The notes: a model not told the origin generated them from the letters alone. A stretch of DNA of 64,000 nucleotides from Candidatus Latescibacterota bacterium (GCA_965226795.1 CBDDDZ010000005.1:512001-576000), one strand, 5' to 3'; positions 49,793 through 60,483 are shown, numbered from the stretch's first letter. A program made the numbers and translations.

Positions 49793-50935
49793 TTATATGT
49801 ATCCCGTGGAGCCGTCGGGGCGGACGGGCGCCGTGCGCTGCCAGTGAGGCACTTCCATATCCGCAAGCGCGTCTTCGTTCACTTCGATGCCGAGGCCCGG
49901 ACGGTCTCTGAGCTCCAGGTATCCGTCGACCGGCAAGTAGGGATCCGGGACGTAATCCATCCATCTCGACCCCACGGGTATCACGTATTCCAGGATTTTG
50001 AAATTGTGCGTAGCGGCGGCGAAGTGCACGTTGACCGCCGTTGCGATCGGTCCCATTGGATTGTGGGGCGCGATGGTGACGTAATGGGCTTCGGCGATGG
50101 CGGCGATTTTCCGCATTTCGAGGAGGCCCCCGCATACGCAGACGTCGGGCTGGATGATGTCGGCTGCCCTTGCGGCGATGAGATTCAGGAATTCAAAGCG
50201 TGCGTACAGGGATTCCCCTGTTGCCAGCGGCACCAGCATCTGGCTGCGCAACTGTTCCCAGGCGGGGATGTGTTCCGGTCTGAGGGGCTCTTCGTAAAAC
50301 AGGGGATCATAGGGGGCCAGGGCATTGGCGAGTTGCAGGGCTCTGATGGGTTCGAAGATCTTGGCGTGCGGATCGAACGCGAATTCCCAGTCGTCGGGCG
50401 TATGCTTTCGCAGGTCTTCGAAGTATTCGGCGGCGGCTGCGCATACCCGTCCCCATCGGTTGGCGTCGGGATTTAACAGGAAGGGACTGGTCTTGAACGC
50501 GGTGAACCCCCATTCCGCATTCAATCGTTGTGCGCCCTCCGCTGCGGCTGCCCCGGTCGGCCCGCCACAGCTCTGGTAGACTCTTACGCGGTCTCGCAGG
50601 TTGCCTCCCAGAAGCATGTAAACGGGTACGTTGGCTGCTTTGCCGCTGATGTCCCACAGCGCGTGTTCGATGCCGGATATGGCGGCCAGGCCGGTGCCGC
50701 CCGCGGGAAAACGAAACTGCTGGTGGGTCTTCATCATCAGGTATTCGATTCGGCGGGGATCTTCACCCACGAACCACGTGGCGACATAGTTGACGATGGG
50801 CTCGATGGAGAGATCGGGACCAATCGAGTAGGCTTCGCCCCATCCGTCAATTCCCTCGTCGGTTTCCACCTTGACGAGCGCCCGGGGACGGTTGCTGTAG
50901 GTGACGAGAAAGGTCTTTATTGCAGTGATCTTCAT
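49793..50935 (-). CDS. Mandelate racemase/enolase-family dehydratase (galactonate-dehydratase-like)
   Basis: MKITAIKTF, ISGIEHALWDI.GK, DPHAK, EEP, ATGE, IQPD, APHNP. Confidence 0.9.
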   Translation of the reverse strand: MKITAIKTFLVTYSNRPRALVKVETDEGIDGWGEAYSIGPDLSIEPIVNYVATWFVGEDPRRIEYLMMKTHQQFRFPAGGTGLAAISGIEHALWDISGKAANVPVYMLLGGNLRDRVRVYQSCGGPTGAAAAEGAQRLNAEWGFTAFKTSPFLLNPDANRWGRVCAAAAEYFEDLRKHTPDDWEFAFDPHAKIFEPIRALQLANALAPYDPLFYEEPLRPEHIPAWEQLRSQMLVPLATGESLYARFEFLNLIAARAADIIQPDVCVCGGLLEMRKIAAIAEAHYVTIAPHNPMGPIATAVNVHFAAATHNFKILEYVIPVGSRWMDYVPDPYLPVDGYLELRDRPGLGIEVNEDALADMEVPHWQRTAPVRPDGSTGYI

Positions 50936-50964
50936 AAGTGATGGGTCTCCTTTTTGATCGGGCT

Positions 50965-51195
50965 TCAGGAAGTTGCGTCCGATTCCGGTTTGTATTGGAA
51001 GAGGTCGCCGGGCGTGCAATTGAGCGCCTGGCAGAGAGATTCGATGGTGGCCAGATCGATCCGTTTCGCCCGGTTGTTGAAGATGGCGGAGACGGTATTG
51101 GCCTGAAGGCCCGTCAGCCTGGCGATTTCCGAGATCCGGTACGGCCGGTGCGGGCCCTTTTCGGCCATGAGAATGTGGAGTTGAAATTTCAACAT
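50965..51195 (-). CDS. Cro/C1-type HTH regulator
   Basis: ISEIARLTGL...TVS...RIDLATIESLCQALNCTPGDLF. Confidence 0.88.
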   Translation of the reverse strand: MLKFQLHILMAEKGPHRPYRISEIARLTGLQANTVSAIFNNRAKRIDLATIESLCQALNCTPGDLFQYKPESDATS

Positions 51196-51473
51196 TCGAC
51201 GAAACGGTATAGAGGGTTTGAGGGCAATTGACTATCGGGGTATTGCTATCGAGAAAAAAGTAAGAACGAGGTAAAAAATTATAAAATATATAGTATTATA
51301 CGTAATTAATTACTTGTATCATGGAAAAACAATGTGATTGGATGGCGCAACGCCGTTGACCCCGAGTCGGCTGTTGATTTGACAGTACAAGGACGGACAG
51401 ATCCTTTTCACAGGCATTCGCCGTACTGCCTTTACTGTATCCATTGTGTGATTCCCGGTGTGTATGCGTTTTC

Positions 51474-51974
51474 TCAATCGATGATCGTGAGAGAGATGCC
51501 GGCCTTCGCGCCGTATTTGTTTTCCGTGTCGTCGGCCACGCCCCGGTCCAGGGTGGCTTCGGTAAAAAAGTGAAACGGACCCAGCCATTTGATGTTCAGA
51601 CCCGCCACGGCGGTAAAAAGTACCTTTGTGGACGACAGGTCGATGAGTTCCGTATCCGATTCCTCTTTCGTGTATATCAGGCCGCTTCCGGCTCCGCCGT
51701 AAATGCGGAACTTGTCTCCCAGGGGAATCTTGTAGAGCCCCCGGATGGACAACGGCACGGTAATTACACCGTCTCTATCGTAATACTCGGCGGCGAGCAT
51801 CACCCCGGCGGGTTTGCTGCCGAACGGCAGGATGATGGAGCCGTGCCAGCCTGGTTCTTTGTCTTCGATATACAATCCGCCCCCCGCACGGAAGGCGATC
51901 TGGGCGTGTGTTTTCGAGTTGTCCGCACCCAGCAGGAGGAACACGGCCAGTGCCGGGGCGAGGTATCTGATCAT
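51474..51974 (-). CDS. Small exported outer-membrane beta-barrel-like protein
   Basis: Signal peptide; RIYGGAGSG; C-terminal beta strand. Confidence 0.68.
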   Translation of the reverse strand: MIRYLAPALAVFLLLGADNSKTHAQIAFRAGGGLYIEDKEPGWHGSIILPFGSKPAGVMLAAEYYDRDGVITVPLSIRGLYKIPLGDKFRIYGGAGSGLIYTKEESDTELIDLSSTKVLFTAVAGLNIKWLGPFHFFTEATLDRGVADDTENKYGAKAGISLTIID

Positions 51975-52024
51975 AGATGACGTTCTCCTCTCCTATGAGA
52001 AATGATGCGCCAAGGAACCCGACC

Positions 52025-52387
52025 TCAAAACCGGTAAGCGATTCCCAGGCGGCCGGCAGCCGCCCGCAATTTTCCCTCTGAAGTCCACAACAACAGGTCC
52101 GACAACCGTGCGGAGGCCATCAGGCGCGCATCGATCAGACCGACCCCCGCGGCGGATAGCTGGTGATGATCGATGAAATGCAGGACTTCACGCTGGCTGG
52201 CCGCGGAAGCCTGCGGAAGCGTTTGAAGCAACGTGAGAAACTCCGTCCTGTTGTCCAACTTCCCACAGGCCAGTTCTCCCACGATCAACGGATGGCATGC
52301 GACCCTTGCTTCATGCAGGAGGGCTCTCAATCGTCTATTCCCTGTGCGAAGGAACGAGACCCATATTGGCGTGTCGACAAGGACCAT
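52025..52387 (-). CDS. vapC: VapC PIN-domain toxin
   Basis: MVLVDTPIW, HPLIVGELACG, GLIDA.L.ASA, LWT. Confidence 0.9.
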   Translation of the reverse strand: MVLVDTPIWVSFLRTGNRRLRALLHEARVACHPLIVGELACGKLDNRTEFLTLLQTLPQASAASQREVLHFIDHHQLSAAGVGLIDARLMASARLSDLLLWTSEGKLRAAAGRLGIAYRF

Positions 52388-52389
52388 GG

Positions 52390-52587
52390 CTATGGGTTTT
52401 CAGGACGCCGCCTCGGGACCGGCAGCAGGCTTTTTTCCGTGCCTTCGAGTTCCGCGAGCCTTTTGCTGCTCTCGCGGGCGATCAGGGCTTCGAGGCCAAG
52501 CCTGACCAGGGCGGTTTTCTGTTTGATACCGGTTAAAGCGGATGCCTGGTTCAGCAGGGCATCGTCTATATTGAGCGTCGTTCGCAT
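52390..52587 (-). CDS. vapB: VapB family antitoxin
   Basis: MRTTLNIDDALL..A..LTGI..KTALV..GLEALI. Confidence 0.9.
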   Translation of the reverse strand: MRTTLNIDDALLNQASALTGIKQKTALVRLGLEALIARESSKRLAELEGTEKSLLPVPRRRPENP

Positions 52588-52879
52588 ATGCTATAATATG
52601 CATAAATTATACATATAAGTCAAGTGCGATTCGGTATCCCAATAACGAACGAACCGACAGAACGTACACAGCACATTGGCCCGACCGGAATTTGCATTAG
52701 GGATTGATTGGCGGTATGTTAAGTTAGGTTGGAGCGAAGCTGTCAATTTCGTGGAGGGCGAGGAGACCACATCAAGAGGAACTCGCCGAAAGCGGAAAAA
52801 ACAATCGGGAACGGCTAGCGATGGGATTTGCTATGTGCCAGCCCGTATATTTCCTATAAATCTTCTATTTTCATTTCCT

Positions 52880-53652
52880 TACGCCCTTTTTCTTTCTCGC
52901 CAAAGAAAAAGGGCCAAAAAGAACGGCGCCGCTCGGCGCGGGGCCGTTCTTTCCGTGAATCACCTCATAGGCACAAATGGAAATTGGGTGCCCTACGAGC
53001 ACTTGAGGCGTACCAATGCATCGTTGCTGGAGGGATTCGCACGGAAAAACCCCCCGCTCCGCCACCGGACGGCCATGATGTATACCGCGACGGCGTTTTG
53101 TACGTGTTTGAGATCTTGCCGCCAGTCCAAATCCGAATTTCTCTACGTGGTAACGTATAGGTAATGATACTGGTCCGATTAACACGGAGAACCATCCTCC
53201 ACCCGCATAGCGGTTAACCTGTTGGCCGGTGGTTTATCGGGCCAACAGGTGACGCCTGGTGTTGGCGTCCGACGTTGATGGTGAGCGGCGCGATTTTTGC
53301 CGCGAACAGACCCCCCGCTCCACAGCCTGACGGGCGAGAGGTTGATGGAAATGGATCTGCGTATGGATTTGCGGCAGTACCGCTATCCGGTTTTAGATGA
53401 TTGTTTAACGCTGACGGCTGCACGCACTCAGATATCCAAACGGCTGTCTGGCGCGATGCCAATCCGGAGCACTATCAGAGCAGAGCGCGCGGTTCCGTTA
53501 GTCGGCGTGGATCGATGATCCTCCTCAAATGGTAGGGCAAAGAATCATGTGCATCCCGTTAGGCAATTCGCGCTATGCATATGGCAGGCACCGCGCCCAG
53601 CGGCGACTTTTGGTTCCTTTTGGTCGCGTCAAAAGGAACTCGCCGAAGGCAG
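52880..53652. repeat. Structured repeat family C, copy 2, with an inverted related end at about 53600-53652
   Basis: Left end is hairpin + CCAAAAAG..CGCCGC; right end GCGGCGACTTTTGGTTCCTTTTGG..CAAAAGGAAC is the inverted analogue. Confidence 0.7.
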
Positions 53653-53815
53653 GGAAATTGGGGAGATGTGGGTTCTGGATTTTATTTTGCGCCTTCAGCT
53701 GACCTGTACGCTAACTGCTGAATTGAGGTGATTATTTTCGCCAAAGGCACGTATTCGGGGAAATTTCGTAGATTAAGGTCTATTGCCTTCTTGTCTTTAC
53801 ACAACGCGGTGACAG

Positions 53816-54277
53816 ATGGCTGAGAAATTCAAACTGATTCCGGAAGCGCATGTCTTTCTGATGAACGGCAACGACGAAGTGCTGCTACTGAGACGGTTCA
53901 ATACGGGGTATGAAGATGGGAAGTACAGCGTGGTCGCGGGGCACATCGACGGCAATGAGGAGGTCAGGGCGGCGGCCATACGGGAAGCCCGGGAAGAGGC
54001 GGGAATCCACATCGAGATCTCTGACATCGAAGTGGTCGGGGTGATTCACCGTAAGGACGAGGACGAACGGGTGGCGTTCTTCCTTGCCGCCTCCAGGTGG
54101 AGCGGGGACGTCGTCAACGCCGAGCCTCACAGGTGCGACGAGCTGTCCTGGTATTCCATTCACGATCTGCCTGCCAATATGGTGCTTTACGTCAGGCGGG
54201 GCTTTGAAAACTATCTGAGCGGCCGGTTCTACGACAGTTTTGGCTGGGAAGTCGAGTCCAGGGCTCCCGCCGGATGA
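53816..54277 (+). CDS. NUDIX hydrolase
   Basis: GHIDGNEEVRAAAIREAREEAG Nudix box; EPHRC. Confidence 0.92.
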   Translation: MAEKFKLIPEAHVFLMNGNDEVLLLRRFNTGYEDGKYSVVAGHIDGNEEVRAAAIREAREEAGIHIEISDIEVVGVIHRKDEDERVAFFLAASRWSGDVVNAEPHRCDELSWYSIHDLPANMVLYVRRGFENYLSGRFYDSFGWEVESRAPAG

Positions 54278-54350
54278 TCGCCTCGGGATACGGCCTGACG
54301 AACGGCCGCTCTATCATTCTGAGCGCGGTCAAGAGAGGACATCAACGACC

Positions 54351-54800
54351 ATGGAAGACAGCAAGATCGACCTTACGGTCCAGGTGCACCCTCAATTCAG
54401 AGTCCTTTCGGTCACGCTTGGCGTCTTACACATCATTGGCGGTATTCTCTTTATCAGCGGCGGAAACGACTATTTCGGTTTCCTGAATCTGGCCTTCGGT
54501 CCACTGTGGCTGTTATGGGGTTTGTTTTACAGCCGAATCAACAGACACATGATCGTGATTCATGAGGGGCACCCGGAAATCCGAAAAGGTCTCTTCAGGA
54601 GCCGCAGAATACCCTGGGCATCGATTTCGGAAATCCGTTTCGAGTCGACCGGGATGGAAATCCTGGTTGGCAGATGAAAGAGCGCGACCTCGAAATTCGA
54701 CGAATTGAGCTATAGCGCAAATCAGACGATAAAACACGAGTGCGTCTCAAAACTCAGGCGCTTTGCCGAGGCAAACGGAGTGTCGATTGTGGGCGGTTAG
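54351..54800 (+). pseudogene. 2-TM + PH-like hypothetical protein with in-frame TGA at 54675-54677
   Basis: Frame stays open past TGA: KSATSKFDELSYSANQTIKHECVSKLRRFAEANGVSIVGG*. Confidence 0.55.
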
Positions 54801-54920
54801 CCAGCTTGGCCGAGGCGATCGAATCGTCTCAGGCTAATTTGTATATATGTGGCGTCAATCGGGAAACCGGCTGTCGGAGCATCACGGCATCCAGGAAGAA
54901 TATCAGGTCGAGGATTGAAC

Positions 54921-55667
54921 ATGCGCGATTCTTCGTCCGAATATTTCAGTTATTTCGGGAACATCGCGGAATCGTACGATCGGGTCCAGCCGGTCCTTAG
55001 CCCTCCGTACGCGAGGGGCCTGGAGATGATTGTCGATCTGATTCCCCTGGATCCGGACGAACCATTCGAGTTTGTGGATCTCGGCTGCGGCACCGCGGAG
55101 CCGACGGCGCGCGTGCTGGAACGCTTTCGCCGGGCTACGGGCACGTGCATAGACAGCGAACCGGAGATGCTCCGACTCGCGCAGCAGAAATTGGCGCCGT
55201 ATTTGGGAAGGATCGAGGTAAGGGAAGCGGACCTGATCGATTGCGCGGTGCCGTCGTGCGACGTGGTTTTCTCGGCGAAAACCGTTCACCACGTACATCC
55301 TGACCATCTGCCCGCGCTATTTGCGCGGATTGCGGGTGCGCTAAGGCCGAACGGTTGTTTCATCCTCTACGACACGATGTCGATCGGCCCCGGTTGGGGA
55401 GCGGAAATTCGCCTGCAATTGTCGCGATACCGCGAGCGTCACATTAGGAACGCGATTGAATCGGGGACGGTGACCCGGGAGGAAATCGACGCCAGGCGCG
55501 AATACAAACGAAGGATGAAGTCTGCGGGGAAGGACGTCGAATACGAACATCGCGCGGAAGACCTCATCCACGCGATGACGGGGGCGGGGTTCGACGACGT
55601 TGCCGTGGTGTGGCGGATGTTCGCCGACACGATCCTGCTGGGATTTACGCCGCCGGGCGATTCCTGA
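54921..55667 (+). CDS. Class I SAM-dependent methyltransferase
   Basis: VDLGCGT, IDSEPEML, LRPNG.FI.YD. Confidence 0.9.
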   Translation: MRDSSSEYFSYFGNIAESYDRVQPVLSPPYARGLEMIVDLIPLDPDEPFEFVDLGCGTAEPTARVLERFRRATGTCIDSEPEMLRLAQQKLAPYLGRIEVREADLIDCAVPSCDVVFSAKTVHHVHPDHLPALFARIAGALRPNGCFILYDTMSIGPGWGAEIRLQLSRYRERHIRNAIESGTVTREEIDARREYKRRMKSAGKDVEYEHRAEDLIHAMTGAGFDDVAVVWRMFADTILLGFTPPGDS

Positions 55668-55730
55668 AGCGAAAATGCGGGGTGTGACAAATTCGAAAAT
55701 TTTCTCGGATATTCTCTCCTGGTCCGCTGA

Positions 55731-56180
55731 TCACTCGTCCACGAGACGCAAAGCTTCTTCTCTCAATGCAGTGCTCACATAGAATCCGGCAACATCGAGA
55801 TCGATGAGCAAGGGTTCGATGGAAGACACGATATTCCTTTTCCTGGCGAGGACCAGAATACCGACCGTGCCAATTACGTCAAGTCCGAATTTTCTGGCGA
55901 CACTTCGCGCGCGGCGATCATCCGTGATTATTCTACATTGTTGCTCCTGAGCGAGTGCGATAGCCTCTGCTTCTCCATCGTCAATGATCAGCTTCAGTGC
56001 AACAACCGATGATGGATCGGATAGTCGCTCTACCTTCAACCATGGCAAGGAGATTCCGACTTCCCGCTCCACAGCCGGTGGTATTAGTACGGTTTCAAAT
56101 ATGGCTGGAAGAATTTCGACATTTCCGATCCGTTCGAGCGCAATCAGGCACGTGCTATCCGATACGATGCGCTCGCTCAC
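55731..56180 (-). CDS. DUF3368 PIN-like protein (putative toxin)
   Basis: IVSDSTCLI, DDGEAEAIALA, DDRRAR, GTVGIL. Confidence 0.88.
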   Translation of the reverse strand: MSERIVSDSTCLIALERIGNVEILPAIFETVLIPPAVEREVGISLPWLKVERLSDPSSVVALKLIIDDGEAEAIALAQEQQCRIITDDRRARSVARKFGLDVIGTVGILVLARKRNIVSSIEPLLIDLDVAGFYVSTALREEALRLVDE

Positions 56181-56401
56181 TCACCGATCTCCTGCCGCAA
56201 CTCTGCAGGAGAATAATCGAAGATCGGAACCTGATGTTTCCCAAGAATCTCCATAAACGCGCGTTTGGAGTGTCCCGCGGTTCTGGCCGCCTGCCCAAGT
56301 GAAACTTTACCAGTTTCATAGAGCTTGATGGCGAGGAGTATTTTCGCTTCTTCCTGCGATAGTCCGGAAGGAAGCTCGACTCTCAAGTCTGTTGCAACCA
56401 T
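56177..56401 (-). CDS. UPF0175 family protein (putative antitoxin)
   Basis: LAIKLYETGKVSLGQAA..AG.S...F..IL. Confidence 0.88.
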   Translation of the reverse strand: MVATDLRVELPSGLSQEEAKILLAIKLYETGKVSLGQAARTAGHSKRAFMEILGKHQVPIFDYSPAELRQEIGE

Positions 56402-56553
56402 AGTTTGCGTCCTAGGGAATTTGCACCTCGTAAGTCTTCGTCAGGAAGTTGGACCAGATTCGTCTTATGACGAAAATATAGGTTAATCCGACCCAAAATC
56501 AAAATCACGTGCTGACGTCGATCCGGACACTAAGCCGGGCCCCTTAGCCGCCG

Positions 56554-56657
56554 CCCTGAGCCTCGCCCTGAGCTTGCCGAAGGGTTGTCGAAGGGTCGGG
56601 GAAGGACTGTGAAGAGCGAATGGTTATCGAAACGTGGGCGCTTCGACACGCTCAGCA
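56554..56657. repeat. CCTGAGCnTGTCGAAGG-type palindromic unit, self-nested, with inverted partner arm
   Basis: CCCTGAGCCT[CGCCCTGAGCTTGCCGAAGGGT]TGTCGAAGGG, then CTTCGACACGCTCAG at 56641. Confidence 0.7.
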
Positions 56658-56716
56658 CGCGCAACGCATGCAGCGTCCACGTTTCCTGCATCCGGCTACA
56701 CCGGCCGGGCCTATTG

Positions 56717-57574
56717 CTATCCGGCGCTGACCACGGGCTGCGTCGATTCGTGCGAGCAGAGGACCACCGGCAGGTTGCTGACCATCTTCGCCCTTTGTTC
56801 ATCCGTGAGCCTGATGACGTCCTCGTCCATGAGTCGCCGGACCGCCATTTCGACCATCCCCACGGCGCCGTCGACGATCTTCCCTCTTGCCGAAATGACC
56901 GCTTCGGCCTGCTAGCGCTGCAACATGGCGTTGGCGATTTCCGGGGCATAGGCCAGGTGGTTGATCCTGGCTTCCTCGATCCGGACGCCCGCGTCCTGAA
57001 CGCGCTGCTGGATCTCCGCGCCGAGGGATTCCGATACCTCCGTGATCAAAGATCGGAGGCTGATGTCGTCGCCCTCAGCCTGGTCGTAGGGGTAGCTGGT
57101 TGCGAGATGTCTGATTGCCGATTCCGACTGAACCCTTACATATTGTTCATAGTCGTCAACGTCGAACAAGGCCTGTACGGCGACCTGCACTCTCCAGACG
57201 ATGACGGCGGAGATTTCGATGGGGTTGCCCCTGCTGTCGTTCACTTTGAGCCGTTCGCTGTCGAAGTTCCTGGCGCGCAGCGAGACCTTTGTCCGACTCT
57301 TGAACGGGTTGGTCCATCGGAATCCCTGGGTGGTCTCGGTGCCCTTGTAGTCGCCGAAAAGCAGGAGAACGACGCACTGATTCGGTTCCACTGCGAATAA
57401 CCCGGTGAGGAAGACGATCACGACCACGAGAAGCAGGATCGACGAGACAATGGGAACGGCCCCGCCACCGGTTACGCCGTATATAAACACGGCCACGGAC
57501 AGGGCCAGGAGTAGAAGCAAGACGGCCAGCATCAACCAGCCGCTGGACTGCGGGGCGATTTTTTCTTCCGTCAT
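56717..57574 (-). pseudogene. SPFH/band-7 domain protein with in-frame TAG at 56912-56914
   Basis: [38 protein letters not shown]...MVSNLPVVLC; the family usually reads RQQA here, so CAG to TAG is likely. Confidence 0.88.
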
Positions 57575-57923
57575 GCGAGACCTCCATGGTTGTGTGATTG
57601 GATTCTTCGAATTCAAAAAAGGGTCAATCTGCGCCCCGGCGACGATCAGGTTCGGGGGGCGATACCACCTCCATTGCCGCGTATGTATCGGTACGACGCG
57701 GAAGTAAACCCTTTTGTTTCGGATTCATCAGAGAAATACGAGGCTACGCGTCGGAGGGCACGTTTCGACCGGGCTGACAATGCATCCCGGCGTTCGCGTC
57801 GGGAATCTCCGGACCGAAACCTCTCACGTACCGGTATATACAGCAGTTGTTCGATTGAGACGGATGACAAGCCTTCGGCACCGGACAGATGACATCCGTT
57901 TGCCGCGCGACAACATCGAATTC

Positions 57924-58495
57924 GTAGGGGCAACCGTTGTGGTTGCCCGCTCTTTCTTGTTTTGTCCAGTCGCTTCAAATGGAATCGGCCGTCGGCACGA
58001 GAAAGGCACTTGGGAAAGAGTGGATGATGGGATAAGCTCCGGGACTCTGAGGTCATTTCCCTCAGTCTTTAATTAATTTTCTCTTTTTCCCTCGTCCTTT
58101 TTCTTATTCGCGTAAGAAAAAGGACCAAAAAGAACCGCGCCGCTCAGACGCCGCGGGGCTGCTTTTCCGCGAACTACTTTTACAATGGAGACCAGCGGTT
58201 GTGCCCTGCGGGGTTTTTGGGCGCTCGCCATGCGACGTCGATGGACGGAATAGCGCGGAAAAGCCCCCTCACCGCCACCGCGCGGGCGTGAGGTAGACCC
58301 GGAAGGACCGCCGGACGGTTTGGCGTCTTACCGCTCTCGTCTGCCCGCTTTTCCCGGGAGCGAGGGCTTCCAGCCCTCGAGGCGCCGTCGTTGGATATTG
58401 TAGGGGCAACCCTTGTGGTTGCCCTCGTGATGGCGCTGATATCGCTAACTCGACATTGCATGGGATCTGTAGGGGCGACCGGCTGGTCGCCCTAC
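57924..58495. repeat. REP cluster (57924, 58400, 58469) plus structured repeat C copy 3 (58093-58272)
   Basis: GTAGGGGCAACC.TTGTGGTTGCCC units; family C hairpin and stem. Confidence 0.82.
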
Positions 58496-58664
58496 ACCAA
58501 AATGGACGGAACGCCCCTCATGATGTCGAATATGCTCTGTAGCGGGTGTAGGAGTATTCCAGGTCGCATGCGTCGCAATATGCGACATCGATAAGGCCGA
58601 CGGGTCGTTTTCCATGTTCCTTTTCGATAACCGAAAATTGTAGATTTGGGTCGATATTTAGCGT

Positions 58665-58741
58665 AAAGGGAGTTTCGTCGTGTCGCAGGACACCAGCTTC
58701 GGCCTTTCGGTTATCGGTCCGATATCGTTGAATTGTCCAGG
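58665..58741 (+). pseudogene. Degenerate duplicate of the RBS and 5' end of the VOC gene (59674-59750)
   Basis: GTTTCGTCGTGTCGCAGGACACCAGCTTCGG versus GTTTCGCCATGTCGCAGGACAACAGCTTGGG. Confidence 0.8.
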
Positions 58742-58754
58742 TATTCCTGTATAG

Positions 58755-59615
58755 ATGGGGTCTGTTGAAATGTTACCTGCTACCAATCACGTGCTGCGGG
58801 TTTCCTCGGCGCATTATTTCTGGCAGGGCAGTGGAATGCTCTCCCTTAAATCGTTCCGGAATGGGGCCGCGCACTATCAGGTGGACGGCCACGACATTCA
58901 GGTGGATGATCGATCATACCTCGTGTTGAACCGTGATCAGGAATATACGATAGATATTGATTCCGCTCGCGTGGTAGACGCATTTTGCATCTTCTTTCGC
59001 GATGGGTTCGCTGAGGAAGTTCTGCGCACCCAAAACGTGGATGCGTGCACGCTTGTTGATCACCCGGACGGTGTCCCGCCACATGTGGAATTTTTCCAGG
59101 TGACACGCCCTCATGACGATATCCTCACGCCCGCGTTGAACAGTCTTGAAGAGTCGTATCCCCGGCGACGGCAGGAATCCGGGTGGCTCGATGAGAAGAT
59201 GCACGTAATCATGGAGAGACTGCTGCGGGTGCAGGGTCGGGTGAATCAGGAAGTCCAGGCGGTGGAGGCAATTCGGGCTTCAACTCGAACAGAGCTTTAC
59301 AAACGGATCCATAGAGCTCGGGATTTTATCTGCTTCGCTTACGCGGAGTCCATTTCGTTAGACGACATGGCTGGCGTTGCGTGCCTGTCCGTTAATCACT
59401 TTCTGCGGACTTTCAAGCAGATTCTGGGGCAAACGCCGCACCAATTCCTGGTATCGACCCGCTTGGCGCGAGCCGCGATTCTCCTTACCGATACGGATCG
59501 CTCCGTAACGGACATTGCCCTGGCTGTCGGATTCGAGAGTCCGGGTTCGTTCTCCTGGCTGTTTCGCCGGCGTTTCGGAGTTTCCCCGTCGGGATTTCGC
59601 AATATAAAAAAGTGA
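58755..59615 (+). CDS. AraC family transcriptional regulator
   Basis: SLDDMAGVACLSVNHFLRTFK...SVTDIALAVGFESPGSFSWLFRRRFGVSPS. Confidence 0.93.
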   Translation: MGSVEMLPATNHVLRVSSAHYFWQGSGMLSLKSFRNGAAHYQVDGHDIQVDDRSYLVLNRDQEYTIDIDSARVVDAFCIFFRDGFAEEVLRTQNVDACTLVDHPDGVPPHVEFFQVTRPHDDILTPALNSLEESYPRRRQESGWLDEKMHVIMERLLRVQGRVNQEVQAVEAIRASTRTELYKRIHRARDFICFAYAESISLDDMAGVACLSVNHFLRTFKQILGQTPHQFLVSTRLARAAILLTDTDRSVTDIALAVGFESPGSFSWLFRRRFGVSPSGFRNIKK

Positions 59616-59688
59616 TTTCAAAGAAGTGTTCGACGACGGATGTCCTTATATTTGGGTGAACACCCAACCCAATAAAGGAGGTTTCGCC

Positions 59689-60084
59689 ATGTCGCAGGAC
59701 AACAGCTTGGGACTGTCGGTCATCGGTCAGATTTCGGTAACCGTTCAGGATCTCGACCGTGCGGTCGAGTTCTATCGTGATCAACTGGGTATGCAGTTCC
59801 TCTTCCGCGTTCCGAGGATGGCTTTCTTCAATTGTTCGGGCGTCCGCCTTTTGCTCGGTCTTTCGGAAGATGAATCGGCGGACGTGCACGCTTCCATACT
59901 CTATTACAAGGTGGAGGACCTCGAAGGCGCCTGTGAAGTGCTGCGATCGAGGGGAGTGACCTTCGACAGTAAACCTCACAAGATTGCCGATATGCCCGAC
60001 CATGAACTCTGGATGGCCTTCTTCCGGGACTCCGAGATGAATCTCATGGCCCTTATGGCGGAGAAGCCGAGACGGGAGCAATGA
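59689..60084 (+). CDS. VOC/glyoxalase family protein
   Basis: IGQISVTVQDLDRAVEFYRD.LG...AFFRDSEMN; AAGGAGG RBS. Confidence 0.92.
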   Translation: MSQDNSLGLSVIGQISVTVQDLDRAVEFYRDQLGMQFLFRVPRMAFFNCSGVRLLLGLSEDESADVHASILYYKVEDLEGACEVLRSRGVTFDSKPHKIADMPDHELWMAFFRDSEMNLMALMAEKPRREQ

Positions 60085-60483
60085 CGGTCGCAATCTTCGG
60101 AGAAAACAAACCGGGCCGATACCTTGTGGATCGCACCCGGAAATTTGTCTGCTGCGACGGTCAATCTTCATTTGACATCGCCTGAAGCGCTTCTACGACG
60201 ATTCCGAGGGCTGATACGGGGACGTGTTGGCGGGAAACCCGCCGCAACTTGAACTGCCCCGACATTTCCCAGCGCGCCGTGCCGGATATACCGGTTCACG
60301 GCGCGTTTTGGGTTTCAGTCGCGCCGTACATGGAAAGCGGACCGAGGGATTCCCCGGTCCGCGGGTTTTGGCGATACGGATTTGTCGATCTATTGGGAAG
60401 TTACTAAAGTCGGCGACAATGTGACGGGTGGCATCCGTGGGCTAACGATAGACCCATACGGCGTTTTTCTGGCCTGGCGGCGG

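Noticed and set aside
5692..56914. Genome-wide TAG recoding (Gln or pyrrolysine) suggested by three in-frame ambers
   Set aside because: Apparently complete genes end in TAG (e.g. 3453, 21173, 41573, 41577), in-frame TGA stops also occur, and core genes have no internal TAG
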